Shown piece by piece: positions 12,416-24,370 of a DNA stretch of 64,000 bases; positions within the stretch are counted from its first letter, which is position 1; each line of letters starts with the position of its first letter. The translations under genes were made by a program, and so were the position numbers. The stretch is from assembly GCA_013265495.1 (NCBI GenBank), contig MU058065.1, positions 6,386,302-6,450,301 of the forward strand, in the 5' to 3' direction. Under the pieces are notes generated by a model. It was given only the letters and a program-made list of their open reading frames with translations, had not been told where the DNA came from and searched no databases. This stretch comes from Vicugna vicugna (lineage: Eukaryota).

Positions 12416-14329
12416 AAGTGGGCCACTGGAACACATCCTCTTCCTCAGTAGGGGTATTAACTGGCTTTTATAGATGTGCAGCACTCTGCTCTTTATTAAC
12501 TCACACCACCCACATAGAGGAACGGCTAGTATATTTCCCATGGAACAGCCTAGGTTCATGTGACTCCAGATTTTTGGGATACAAAGACGAGCCCGGAGGC
12601 TCTCCTAAATCATAGTCTTGGCCTCTCCTTTAAAATGCCACACATTCCTGGCTTTCTTCTTCATCTTCCACTTCCTAGGGCAGTCTAGAGTTTCTTTGGT
12701 AGTTGCTTCTCTAGAGATAATCCTGAGCAAAACTCCCCAGTAAACTCTCCCTAAGATATGATGAGAAATCCTTAGTCCTCACCCTTGGGGCATTCACTGG
12801 GCTCCTCACATTTCTAGATGTTAAATCAAGCAGAAGAACATCTCAGGACTCTAGTTTCTTGGCTTACTTGGTTTCTTGGAGCTAAGCACACAGGGAATTA
12901 TCTTGTAATCATCTCTGAGTACCTTATGGACTTGCCTACCAAGTCTCGGAAATAAGAGCTCAGCAGGGAATGTCCCAGGGGAGATGGTAGTAGCCCAGAC
13001 AGGTACAGAGAAACTGTGGTTAGTGTGGACCTTCAAACTCTCAGAATCATTTCCTCCATGATCTTTAACTCCCAGTCCAGCTTTCTCTGGAGGGTGGCTC
13101 ATATATTGCCACACTGGAGCTTTTGTCACCTGAGGCCCTCTCTACTGACTGCATTTCATCCGACTGTCCAATCCACCCTACTGCACACAACAGAACCTGG
13201 ACAGTGTCCCTTGGAGGCCATCTTCCCCCTCTATCCCTGCTCAAGAGCCCACCATAGCCCCTCAGAGGAACCAAGGCCCTTAGTCTGGCCTTCAAGACCC
13301 TCCTGAAAGGCCTGTCCTAATGCCAGTTCCCACAGCTCCTCCTCACAGCTCACTCCTGCCCAGCATGTAGCTACATGGTAACCAATCTGTTCATCAGCCC
13401 AGACAAAGTCCTCTTGTCAAGACTCCTCTTGTCAATCACTGATAAACACACATGTGCCTGGGTGGCACATATGAATCAAAGGTTCCACTCCTCCCCCAGC
13501 CCTGGACCAGCTTCTCCTTCCAGGGCACTCAAGTTCTCTTTCTGAAATTAGCTGTTTATTGATTTGTTTACTCCCTTGTTCTCCCTCTTCCTTCCCATGA
13601 GGGTATTGGCCTCATCTCATTAAACCTCAGCTCTTGGAAAAATGCTTGGGGCAGAGTGGGTGCACTAATATTTATTAATAGTCATCAAGAAGACAGATCC
13701 CACATGAATCTCTTTGGTGCATTTCCTAAAACCTCTCCAACTTATCCAACATTGGATATTCCAGTCCCTTCTCCACTGACAGCGGGCTATACATTCATCC
13801 TTGCCTCATACTGGTGTTCTACTGGATAAACCCTTCTTATGGGACATTGATTTCTTAATAACAAAAATGCACCTTTTCTTTAATGTCTATGATTTGGCTT
13901 TCACTCTCTGAGAAATGACATCTTTTTTCTAAGGGGAAATTTATCCTGCAAATTGCTAAACCTCTGTAATCTTCCAGAAGCCGTTACCTTTGGAAGAAAT
14001 CTGTGATAGTCAACATCACCACAGAGATAAATAGTGGTTCTATACCATCTGACAGCTTATGCACTTGCATCTGTCATTCTTTTACCAAGATAGTTCCTTC
14101 CTCTCTCTAACTCTGTCCACTTTAAACCTAGCCTCCCAAATCACCCCCTGCCCGGTGCCCTCCTGCTTCATATCACTCCTCGACGGGGTCATTTCAGTTC
14201 ATGACCCACAGATTTCCAGTGTATGACCACAGCCCCAGTTGGTCCCGAGTTAAGTGCCCGGGTCCTTCACTTCTTGTCCAATGTCTCCCCATCCCCAGCT
14301 TCTCTGTCCAGTTGCTCACTGTATCCCCT

Positions 14330-15250
14330 GGTTGTGAGCCCCCCACCCCCCACCCCGCTCGGTTACCTGGAGCTGATGCATTTGCAGAACGTAGCCTCGC
14401 ACGAACAGCTGGAATAAGAGGCGCAGATGCCCTGGCCCTGAAAGCTCCTCCAGGCTCCGCAGTCTTCGGTCGCCAGGCCCGGTTCCAGGAGCCTCCGCTG
14501 CCTGGGCCGCCGGAAGGGCGGCGGGGATCGCGGCCTTGGCTCTGGCTCCGTGTGGGCCGAGGCCAGGGAGGGCCACCCTCCTCCCCAGCAGCGCCCACCG
14601 CAGCCTCGCACAGCCTAGCGCACGCATACTATTCATGGTCTGTGCCGCCGAGTCTTTGGATCGAGAGTGCAGAGAGCCCGGAACTTGCCCAGATGCGGAT
14701 CGGTAGGGGCGGGTTTAAGGGCACCGGTAGCCCAGGGTGGGCCGGGCGAAGGCTGACCAGGCCCTTTATTGCTCACTTTCCCTCGCGGTCTTCAGTCCCT
14801 CCAAATAGGATCTAACGAACTCACGGAAGCCACATTTTCCAACTGTAAGCCTCCTGGCTCGGGAAGGGGTAGGACAACGCCAAAACAGAAAATGCACAGA
14901 GGGGCTTAGGAGACCCACAGAGCTCTGATGATGGCCGCCTCTTCCGCAAATCCCCACCTCGCACTTCCGCGAACTCTCAGAAGAACTTGATGTTCGCTTG
15001 GTCCCAAGTCCGTGCGGGAGTGCTGGCAAGGTTCTCCGTGGCCCGGGAGGCTTCCAAGACCCGGAGGCCCCACCCAGTGAGACCCGCCTCGCCTGACCTG
15101 GGGTTCCCTACCCAGAGCGCCAGCGTCTCAGCCGTCCTCTCTTCCCGGAGGGACTGAGAACCGGCTGTTGAGATTAAACTGGCGGCTGGCTTTTCCTAAT
15201 AGCCCCCGGTGGTGATCCCAGAGTGTGATCGCTGAGCGAGGAAAGAGCAA
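14330..15250 (-). promoter_or_regulatory. CYP27A1: CpG island and promoter of CYP27A1
   Basis: GC- and CpG-rich stretch over exon 1 and upstream. GC box GGGGCGGG at 14706-14713. Confidence 0.8.
14367..14636 (-). CDS. CYP27A1: Sterol 27-hydroxylase (mitochondrial cytochrome P450 27A1), coding exon 1; later exons lie left of the window
   Basis: Translates (MNS)[15 protein letters not shown]...[15 protein letters not shown]...RSLEEL...[17 protein letters not shown], the CYP27A1 N-terminus with an Arg-rich targeting peptide. Donor CAG|GTAACC at 14367/14366, phase 0. Position downstream of TTLL4 matches known synteny. Confidence 0.95.
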
Positions 15251-18029
15251 AAACCCGCAAACCCAAAATCCGGTCATGTGTCCAAAATCCATGTGTCATG
15301 ATTCCTGGAGGGAGGAAGCCAAACAAACAAATGTAAATATTCGGGTTTTTTTGTTTGTTTGTTTGTTTGAATGCAATTCTACCCCCTCCCTCCCCACCAT
15401 CCGCACACTCCCAGGTCTGCTAAGGCAAGATTTCTCAAACTGCAGGTTGAGACCAGATTTAATGAACGTGAACAAAACTATTTTTTTTATAAGATGGATA
15501 AGAATAACATAGTACAGAAAATATTGCAAGAAGAGTAAGTGCTATTTCATGAATTCTTTGTTTCATACATGTATATTCGAAGTTAGAAACATGACTCATA
15601 CAAATGTAAAATCAACACAGGGTCAAAGATTAACCCATTAGCAATGGAACCTGCAGGATGATAAAGGTTGTTCTAAGAGCTTTTGAAGAATTGTTTATTT
15701 ACAGGCAGCGGAAGGAGGGGAACGGGCATATTAAGTTCAAGGGGAGGGGCAACAACAATGAGACCAACACCTGATGCAGCTAGGTATGGATTTCTTTTCA
15801 TTTATCCTCTTAAGGGTCACAGGGTTACTTGACTCTGTGACTGAATATCTTTCATTAGTTTTGGGAGGTTTTCAGACATTCAAACATTTCTTCTGCCCTT
15901 TTTCTTTTTCTCTTCTCCCTCTGGGACTTCAAATTTTGTATATATATAAATTTTATATATACATATATATTGGACATTCTGACTGTATCCTTCCTGTCTC
16001 TTACCCTATCTGTGTTCTTTTGTCATTTTGTTTCTTCTAGCTGATTAATTCTCTATTCAGCTGTGTCTAATCTGCTGTTAAATCTATCTATTGAGAAAAA
16101 GAATATGAAAACGAATATATGCGTGTATATGCATGACTGGGACATTATGCTGTACACAAGAAATTGACACATTGTAACCGACTATAGTTCAATTTTTAAA
16201 AAATCTATCCATTGAATTTTTAATTTCTATTATATTTTTCAGTTTTCAATTTTGATTAGTTTGATTAGTTTTTTTAATGTATGTCCTTTTTTATATTTCC
16301 AGTTTTATGCCAAAATTCTTAATTTTATTTTTTATTATACCCTTTACTTTTGTAAGCATAGTTGTATTAAGGATTACGACCAATAACTCCAGTATATAAA
16401 ACCCATGAGGGACAGTTTCTATTGTTCATTAGTTCTGGTGGTTTTTGTGCATGTTGCCATGTTTCTTCCTGAGCGTGGTTTCTTTTGATTGTGTACCAGA
16501 AAATGTATTCTTTAAGTTTCTGGTGGAACCAATTTGAAGCTTAGGATGATTTCATTTTCCTCAAAGACGATTTACTTTTGTTTGACAGCTGCCTAAAGGC
16601 ACAAGCAAAATAAGATCACCATAATTCAACTTCAGGGAATGAGATGCCTTGAAGCCGAACTGCAGTCCTTTAGGAGACTCGTCTATTTCCAGTCCTTAAT
16701 CCTTTTGGGTCCCAATCCAAAGTTTTGGTATAAAAGACTATGGACTCCAGCTATTCTTCACACAGCCCTTTAAGACTAAACCACTCAGCTCCTCAGCTTC
16801 CTCTTCTGAAAATGGAAAATACTACTAATTGGAAAGTGGTACCCAATTGCCTAAGTTACCTCTGGATTTTTGTCTTCTCCTGGTTCTCTTACTTCTGGAT
16901 TTCTCTCTTCTCCTGGTTCTCCTGGTAATTATCTTGTTTGTTCTCTGATGCTGATGCCTTCAAGTAAATGCTGGTTATATTTTATTCAGCTTTTTCATGT
17001 TATTCTTCAAGAGAGAACTGAGTTCAATATTAACAGAAGTGGAAATCCAATTTATGCTTTTAATTTTTTTTCCCTATCTGGGTTCATTTTCTTGATATAG
17101 TTTAACCTTTCTTAAAAAATGACTGCTTAATGAAATTTTCTTATTTCCTAATAAATGGACTTAATGGTATACATTTTCACATGATACTATGTTGGCCATA
17201 TCCAGCAAGATTCAGTACACAATTTTTCTCACTATCATTCATTTCCCAATAGTTTGTAATTTCCATTTTAACCTGAGTTGTGCACAAAGGTGTTTTTATT
17301 TTATTTTATTTTAATCCTCTGTAGCCTTACTTATTTTTGTCTACTTGTTAATTTCTGGATTTTTAATAATATGGCTTTGTGGATTTGTCTATTTTTCTTG
17401 TTGTATTTTCAATAGCTTTTGTTTTATATGTTGAAGATCTGTTATTAGGTTCATAAAGGTTCATAACTATTATAGATTCTTGATGGGTATCACCTTTTAT
17501 ACATTTGAAATATTAAATTGCTTTGAATTTGGTTTGTTTGACTTTAATGTTGTTAACTCCTGCTTTATTTTTTATGCATTTGTTTGATGTATCTTTTATT
17601 TATCCCTCTATTTTTCTATCATTCTAGGTTATTTTGATTTAGAAGTATGTCTCATAAACACCATGTAGCTTGATTTTTTTTCTTACCTAAAAAGAGAATC
17701 TTTAAATAGCAAAAATTATTTTTATAATTTGAGTGAAAGTTTAAAAGCAAATAAAGAAATGAAATAAAAACTAAAACATCATTAATGGATAATTCATAGG
17801 AGAGGAACTATAAATGGCTCTTTAACACATGCAAAAATGTTCAACTTTACTTATAATAAGAAAGACAAATCAGAAGAAACCATTTTTCATCTTTAAGATT
17901 GACAAAGATCAAAAGCTTGGTATCATTATGTATTTGGGATGTAGGGAAACAAACTCTCAATCAAGATTCAAAGGAGTGCAAATTGCTACAGAGCTTTCAA
18001 AATTAGAAGTGCACTTACTTTTTTACTGA

Positions 18030-18445
18030 AATATAGTTGATTTTTAATGTTTTGTTAGTTTCTGGTGTACAGCACAGTGATTCAGATATATATATTTTTT
18101 TTTTCATTATAGGTTGCTACAAGCTATTGAATATAGTTCCCTGTGCTATACAGTAGGACCTTGTTGTTTATCTATACATAGTAGTTTGTATCTGCTGACC
18201 CCAACTCCTAATTTTTCCCTCCCCACCGACTCCTCCTTCGGTAACCTTAAGTTTCTTTTCCTTGTCTGTGAGTCTCTGTTTTGTAAATAAGTTCATTTGT
18301 GTCATTTTTTAAGATTCCACATATAAGTGATGTCATATGATATTTGTCTTTCTCTCTCTTACCGCACTTAGTATCCTAATCTCTAGGTCCATCCACATTG
18401 TTGCAAATGGCAGTATTTCATTCTTTTTATGACTGAGTAGTATTC

Positions 18446-18480
<35 letters not shown>

Positions 18481-19090
18481 CCACATCTTTATCCAACCAT
18501 CTGTCGATGGATATCTAGGTTGCTTCCATGTTTTTGCTATTGTAAATAATGCTTCTAGGAACATTGGGGTGTGTATATCTTTTCAAATTGGAGTTTTCTC
18601 CAAATATATGCCCAGGTGTGGGATTACTGGATCATATGGTAACTATATTTATAGTTTTTTAAGGAATCTCCATACTGTTTTCCATAGTGGCTGCACCAAA
18701 TTACATTCCCAGCAGAAGTGTGGAAGGGTTCCCTCTTCTCTACACCCTTTCCAGCATTTATTATTTATGGACTTTTTAATGATGGCCATTCTGACTGGCG
18801 TGAGGTGATATCTTATTGTAGTTTTGATATGCCTTTCTCTGCTAATTAGCAATATTGAGCATCTTTTTGTGTGTCTATTGGCCATCTGTATGTCTTCACT
18901 GGAGAAATATCTGTTTAGGTCTTCTGCTCATTTTTTGATTGGGTTGTTTGATTTTTTTGTTGTTACTGTTGAGTTGTATGAGCTGTTTGTATATTCTGGA
19001 AGTTAAGCCCCTGTCAGCTGCACAATTTGCAAATATTTTCTCCCATTCCACATGTTGTCTTTTTGTTTTGCTTATAGTTTCCTTTGCTGA
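18030..19090 (-). mobile_element. LINE-1 3' portion (ORF2 C-terminus plus 3'UTR)
   Basis: Minus ORF 18649-18885 [17 protein letters not shown]...[12 protein letters not shown]...[18 protein letters not shown]. Confidence 0.9.
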
Positions 19091-19940
19091 AAGTGCACTT
19101 ACTTTTGAACCAGTAGTCCTATTTGTAGGGATTTTTTTCTATGAATATACTTCCACATTTGCAACATCACAAATATACGAGGATATTTACTACAGCATTA
19201 AAAGAAAATATTGGAAACAACTTAAACCAATCAGTAGGGGACTAATGAGATAAATTATAGTAAATCCATGCACTGGAATCATTTGCAGCTTTAAAAAACA
19301 ATGATACAGCTCTAGATGTACTGATATATAACAATTTCCAAGATATATTTTTTAATTAAAAAAGCAAGATGCAAAACAGTGGTATGGTAGGCTACCATAT
19401 AAATATGCCAGTACTTACACAGGCATAGAATAATTCTGGAAGGATACACAAGAAACACGTAATAGTTATTGGCCTCAGGGACAAAGGTGGCAGGGACACA
19501 ACTTCACAGCATGCTCTTTGGACTCTTGGAATTGTGTAATACCTTGTTTTTATCAACTGGCTTATTCAAAAGTCACATAGCAAGAACATTTTCTTTTGAC
19601 ATTTCAGAAAACTTGTTTCCCAAAGTGATGTCTTGCTATATATTGATTTGATCACTTGGGTCCTCACCCAGGGCCAGAAACTATTGAAAGCAATAATAAT
19701 GATTAAGATAATTAAATTCTTATATACATGTAATACTTTATTTTTCCTTTCTTTCTTTTTTTTCTTTTCTTTTCTATTTTCAGGAGAAAGAGGATATCTA
19801 GAAAGAAGTATGTTGGGGAAAATGTATAATTGAAGATATCCATGAATTAAGTACAAGGACAAACAGTGTGAATAAAAATTCGTTTGAGGTGTGAGAATAG
19901 GTAAAAACTGATCTAATTCTTTTACTTAACTCATATTTTT

Positions 19941-20087
19941 GTGGTTTGTTTGTTTGTTTTGGTTTATTTATTTATGTATTTATTCATGTATTTACTTCTT
20001 TATTTAAATGGAAGTACTGGGGATTGAACCCGGAAGCTTGTGCATGCTAAGCATGCACTCTACCACTGAGCTATGCACCCTCCCCCC
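19941..20087 (-). mobile_element. tRNA-Ala-derived SINE (camelid Vic-1-like) with A-rich tail
   Basis: Minus strand GGGGAGGGTGCATAGCTCAGTGGTAGAGTGCATGCTTAGCATGCAC...GGGTTCAATCCCCAG has A and B boxes of tRNA-Ala(AGC) type, then an (AAAT/AAAC)n tail. Confidence 0.85.
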
Positions 20088-22139
20088 TCATTTTTGTAAT
20101 TTTGAAAATTAAAACAAATAAACAAAAACCTTCCAAACCTCCTGAAAATAGAGAATTTATGCTTGCATGTCTTTTCAAGGAATTAAATTGTACAGGATAA
20201 CATTCTCAAAGTAAAAAATCACCCATAATCCCACCACTTGAAAAATTACATAAAGTAACAAAATTAAAGGCTGTTGATTTGCTTCCCCAATTATACTCCT
20301 TCAAAACGAAGCACTGTTCATAATTTAGTGCATATTCTTTCAAATCTTGTTCTATATTTATATAAACCTTTTTTCACCTGTAGGTGAAAAAAATCATGTT
20401 GATACTTTAATGTGAATTCCTTTAAATATTATAAAGGCTCAGGGTTGGTTTTTTTTTAAAATATGTTTATTGACTTTTTATTTATTCTATGAAGTCTTTA
20501 CTCATGTCCTTTGATCTTTTTCCTATTGGATTTTTTTGTCTTTTCTTATTGGTTTGCTGGTATTCTTTTTCTAACTAGAGAGAGTAATCTTTGTCTGTTA
20601 TGTACACTATAAGTATTTTCTCCTTGTCATCTGTTCCCTATATCTTGGCTGTATTTAGAGTATCTTTTGTTAATTTCTGTGTGGTCCAATCTGGAATTTT
20701 TCCCTTTTATGAATTCTGAGTTTCATATCTTGCTTGGGGCTACCCCAAGATTATTAGGGGGAAAAAAATCCCTCCTATATTTTACCTTGTATTCAATAGT
20801 GTCATTTTTTACCTGCTACATTTTTTTTTTCACAGTTAGAAATTCAATCTACCTGGAATTAATTTTTGGTTTTGGTGTGACCTAGAGTCTTAACTTATTA
20901 TCTAATTATTCTAGCACCATTTAATTAAATAATATCTAATTATTCCAAAATTATTTATTAAATAGCTCAGGAATTTGCTGTATGCCCCCATCTCCTATCT
21001 GGGAGCAACAATCTTTAAATTACAGGATTCAGCAGAAGATTTGATCTTCCATTTCACTCTAGAACATTCCTTTGGTGCCATGTAGCTTTCAGGAGCTGCC
21101 TCTAGGTCATCCTCTGATACTGCAATGACCACCTGGAGCTCAGAGTTACAGTCCACCCAAGGGTGACCCTTCATCTTCACTGGAGGCCAGGAGGAGATGG
21201 GAACAACAGACCCTTCTATCTCATGCCACTCAACCTCCTTAGTGTTCACAGGACCAACATACCAAACAGCACATGTTCCTTTGGCAAAATGTAAAGATAT
21301 TTCCAGAGGGGAATAACTATGTAGGAGAATCAAACATGTCAAGTCTCACTTCTTCTTCAGGTTGCATGAAGGGAGGCAGCTGGTGGCCTAGACCTTCCAG
21401 ACTCTGTGCTTCAAGATGCTTCTAACCAGGTTCTCTGATACTTTGGTTTTAGTGTCCCTCTTTCATCCTCTTCTTCAGATCTCAAACTAGAGAAACTCTA
21501 CCTTCTCTTCCTCAGGAAAATCCTACTTCTTCTCCCAAGGAGCCTGGATCCTTTTCTTCTAGTAAGGTTCTGAGTCTTAGTTTGGTAGTCTCATCCCACC
21601 CTGAGTTTCATCCATAGTCCACAGGTGCAGAGTGGGTGGGCACCCTGCTTCTGGGAGATAGCAAAGGAAGAACCACCAGTTCCTGTTTTATTTACAATAT
21701 CTCCACCCAGGAGCATGACAGCATGGTTGCTGATGTGGTTCCTCTACTGGTTGACCTGTAAAAGTAAGATTCTCACTCTGGATAAATTACTTTTCTTCCC
21801 TTTAAAGACTGTACAGTGTAGACCGATGTCAAAGCAAGACAATTTCCTCCTAAAATTAGCAGAACCAGTGAGTATCAATTATTTTGTCGAAAAACATACA
21901 AAGCATTTGGTTTCTCTCCTTCTTTTCTTGAGGTCTGGGGGAGACCTTCTGGCATCAGTGAAAGTGTATAGTTCTTAATGGCTGTGCTCTGTGATACCCA
22001 GAGAAAGGCACCTGCCTTAGTTAAATTCTTCAAGCATGGGAGACTGAAAATTTAAGGAGAAAAGCCTACCCAAAACAGAATGTTGCTTTCAGCAGCCTTG
22101 CAATATATGAAGAATTAAAATGTACATCAGTAATTAAGA

Positions 22140-23146
22140 GGTTCTGCTCACGCAATTCCAATAGCAGGGGGTGGGGCAGTGGGTGTTTCAACAAGCAATG
22201 TTCCCACACTAGCTGTGTGTCCTCCAACTCAATTCTATCTATCTACTCGGAGAGAATATCAGAGTCCACAGGTTAGGGGCTCAGTCCCACTCCAGATGCT
22301 AACCACAAGCCCAGGTTGTTATCTGTGCTTCTGACCAACCAGTTAGATTGGAGGTTCTCAATGACCCCCTCCTTGGACTTCAGATGCCAGTCACAAATCC
22401 AAGTTATTTGTACTTCTGACCAACTGGCTATAAATCAGAGGTTCCCATGACCTTCTTTTGAGGTTTAATTAATTTGTTAGTGATTCACAGACTCAGAATA
22501 ACCATTTGCTCATTAGATTACTGGTTTATTAGAAAGGATATTAAAGGATACAAATCAACAGATGAAGGGGCCGGCTGGAACAAAGTCTGGAACAAAGGAG
22601 TTTCTATATCCATGGACTTTGGCCCTGGCATGGTGGCACATGGAAGCATTCTGGTCCCCAACCTGGAAACTCTCTGAAAGCCCTCCTTTTGGATTTTTAT
22701 GGAGGCTTCATTACATAGGCATGGTTGACTAAATCATTGGCCATCAGTGATTAATTCAACATCCAGCCCCTCCTTGGAAATCAGGTGGTGGAACTGAAAG
22801 TTCCAACCTCTATGCATGATTGGTTCCCCTTTCAACCAGCCCTCATCCATAGGTGCTTTCCAAAAGCCACCTAACTAACATAAATAGTTGTGGTGGAAAG
22901 GAGCTTGTTATGACTAGCAAGACAAGCATTTCACCTTTATGGCTCTAAAGCATTTTCAGGAACTGTGGACAAGAGACCAAATACTATAACAAAAGATTCT
23001 CCTATTGCTCTTATCACTCAGGACATTCCAAGAGGCTTGGGACCTGTGAGCCCAGAACCATGGATGAAGACCAAATGTATATGAGAAATATATTTTGGTC
23101 ATCTGAATGACCAAATGTGTATTTCTTATAAATCACAATATCACAA
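22140..23146. mobile_element. LTR element (MER21-like)
   Basis: CTTCTGACCAACTGGCTATAAATCAGAGGTTCCCATGACC and terminal ATTTCTTATAAATCACAATATCACA. A related copy in the opposite orientation lies at 36455-37080. Confidence 0.65.
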
Positions 23147-23229
23147 TAATAATGCAAAAGACAGGAAGGGGTAAATGGAGCTAAAGTGTTCTAACATTCT
23201 AGTACTATACAGTAAAACCAAAAATTTAT

Positions 23230-23770
23230 GTTAGACTTTTGCTATTGCTGCATGACAAACTGCCCAAACATGTAGCAACTTAAAACAACAATCATTTTAT
23301 TATGGGTATGGAGGCTGGAGATCAGGAATTTGGAGTGGGCATAGTGGGAATGACTTGTTTTTGTTCTATGTCTGAGACCTCAGCTTGGAAGACACAAAGG
23401 CCATGGGCTGGAAGAATCCGGAAGTGCCTGATGACTCAGAGACAAGGATTGTTGCCCAGAGTGTCCTCACATGGCCTTTCCTTGTGGCTTGGCTTCCTCA
23501 TAGCATGGCAGCCGCAGGGTAGGATTTACCATGTGGCAGCTCAGGACTGCAAGCATGAAGGTTCCAAAGAATAAGGCAGAAGCTGCATGATCTTTTATGA
23601 CCCAGCTTCAAAAGTGATGCTACGCTCTTTCAGTCAGAGCTGTCGTGTGCTCCCCCAGATTCAAGGCGAAGGAAATTAGACTCCACTTCCTGATGAAAGA
23701 GTGGCATGGTCAGTTGTAGAATTGCATGTGTGTTGCAGCTACCTTTGGGGAAAAATAATCTCCCAGATAT
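23230..23770 (-). mobile_element. MaLR (MLT1-type) LTR
   Basis: GCTATTGCTGCATGACAAACTGCCC...TTAAAACACAA...CTCACATGGCCTTTCCTTGTGGCTTGGCTTCCTCATAGCATGGC is an MLT1-like LTR in reverse. Confidence 0.65.
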
Positions 23771-23923
23771 AGGCATCAGGGAACTACAAACCCTAAATAT
23801 ACCATATACTTCAACGGCTATCATAATTATTCCAGAGAGCTGCAAACTCAGACTGATAACATCATTAACATAGCATTATCAGTAGCTGATCTGACCTAGG
23901 AACTCCACTCCTAGGTATATGCT

Positions 23924-24370
23924 TGTGATGGGTTGAACTGTGTGCCCCTAAATACTATGTTGAAGTACTGATCATACTGTGACCTTTTTAGGGAACAGCG
24001 CAGAGATGTAGTTAGTTAAGATGAGGTCATACTGGAGTAGGGTGGGCCCTATTCCAGTATGACTGGAATTCTCACGAAAAGGGGAAATTTGGACACAGAT
24101 ATGGACACGGGAACATGCCGTGCGAATATGAGGGCAGAGATCAGGGTGATGAGTCTACAAGCCAAGAAATACCAAAGATTGCCAGCAAACCACCAGAAAC
24201 TAGAAGAGAGGCATGGAACAGATTCGCCCTCATAGTCCTCAGAAGGAACAAACCCTGCTGACACCCTGATCTCAGGCTTCTAATCTCCAGAACTGAGACA
24301 ATAAATTTCTATTGTTCTAAGCCATCCAATTGTGATGCTTTGTTACAACAGCCCTAGCAAATTAATAGAA
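23924..24370 (+). mobile_element. MaLR MLT1A/B/C-type solo LTR
   Basis: TGTGATGGGTTGAACTGTGTGCCCC...GAAGGAACAAACCCTGCTGACACC...TTTGTTACAACAGCCCTAGCAAA. Confidence 0.8.

Noticed and set aside
14194..14815. 204-aa plus-strand ORF and other overlapping ORFs at the CYP27A1 promoter
   Set aside because: GC-rich CpG-island sequence is naturally poor in stop codons. Only the 14367-14636 minus frame matches a known protein and ends at a splice donor.
20010..20087. Functional tRNA-Ala genes here and at 48.4 and 53.6 kb
   Set aside because: Acceptor stems are broken, the copies are diverged from each other, and each has an A-rich tail, so they are SINEs.
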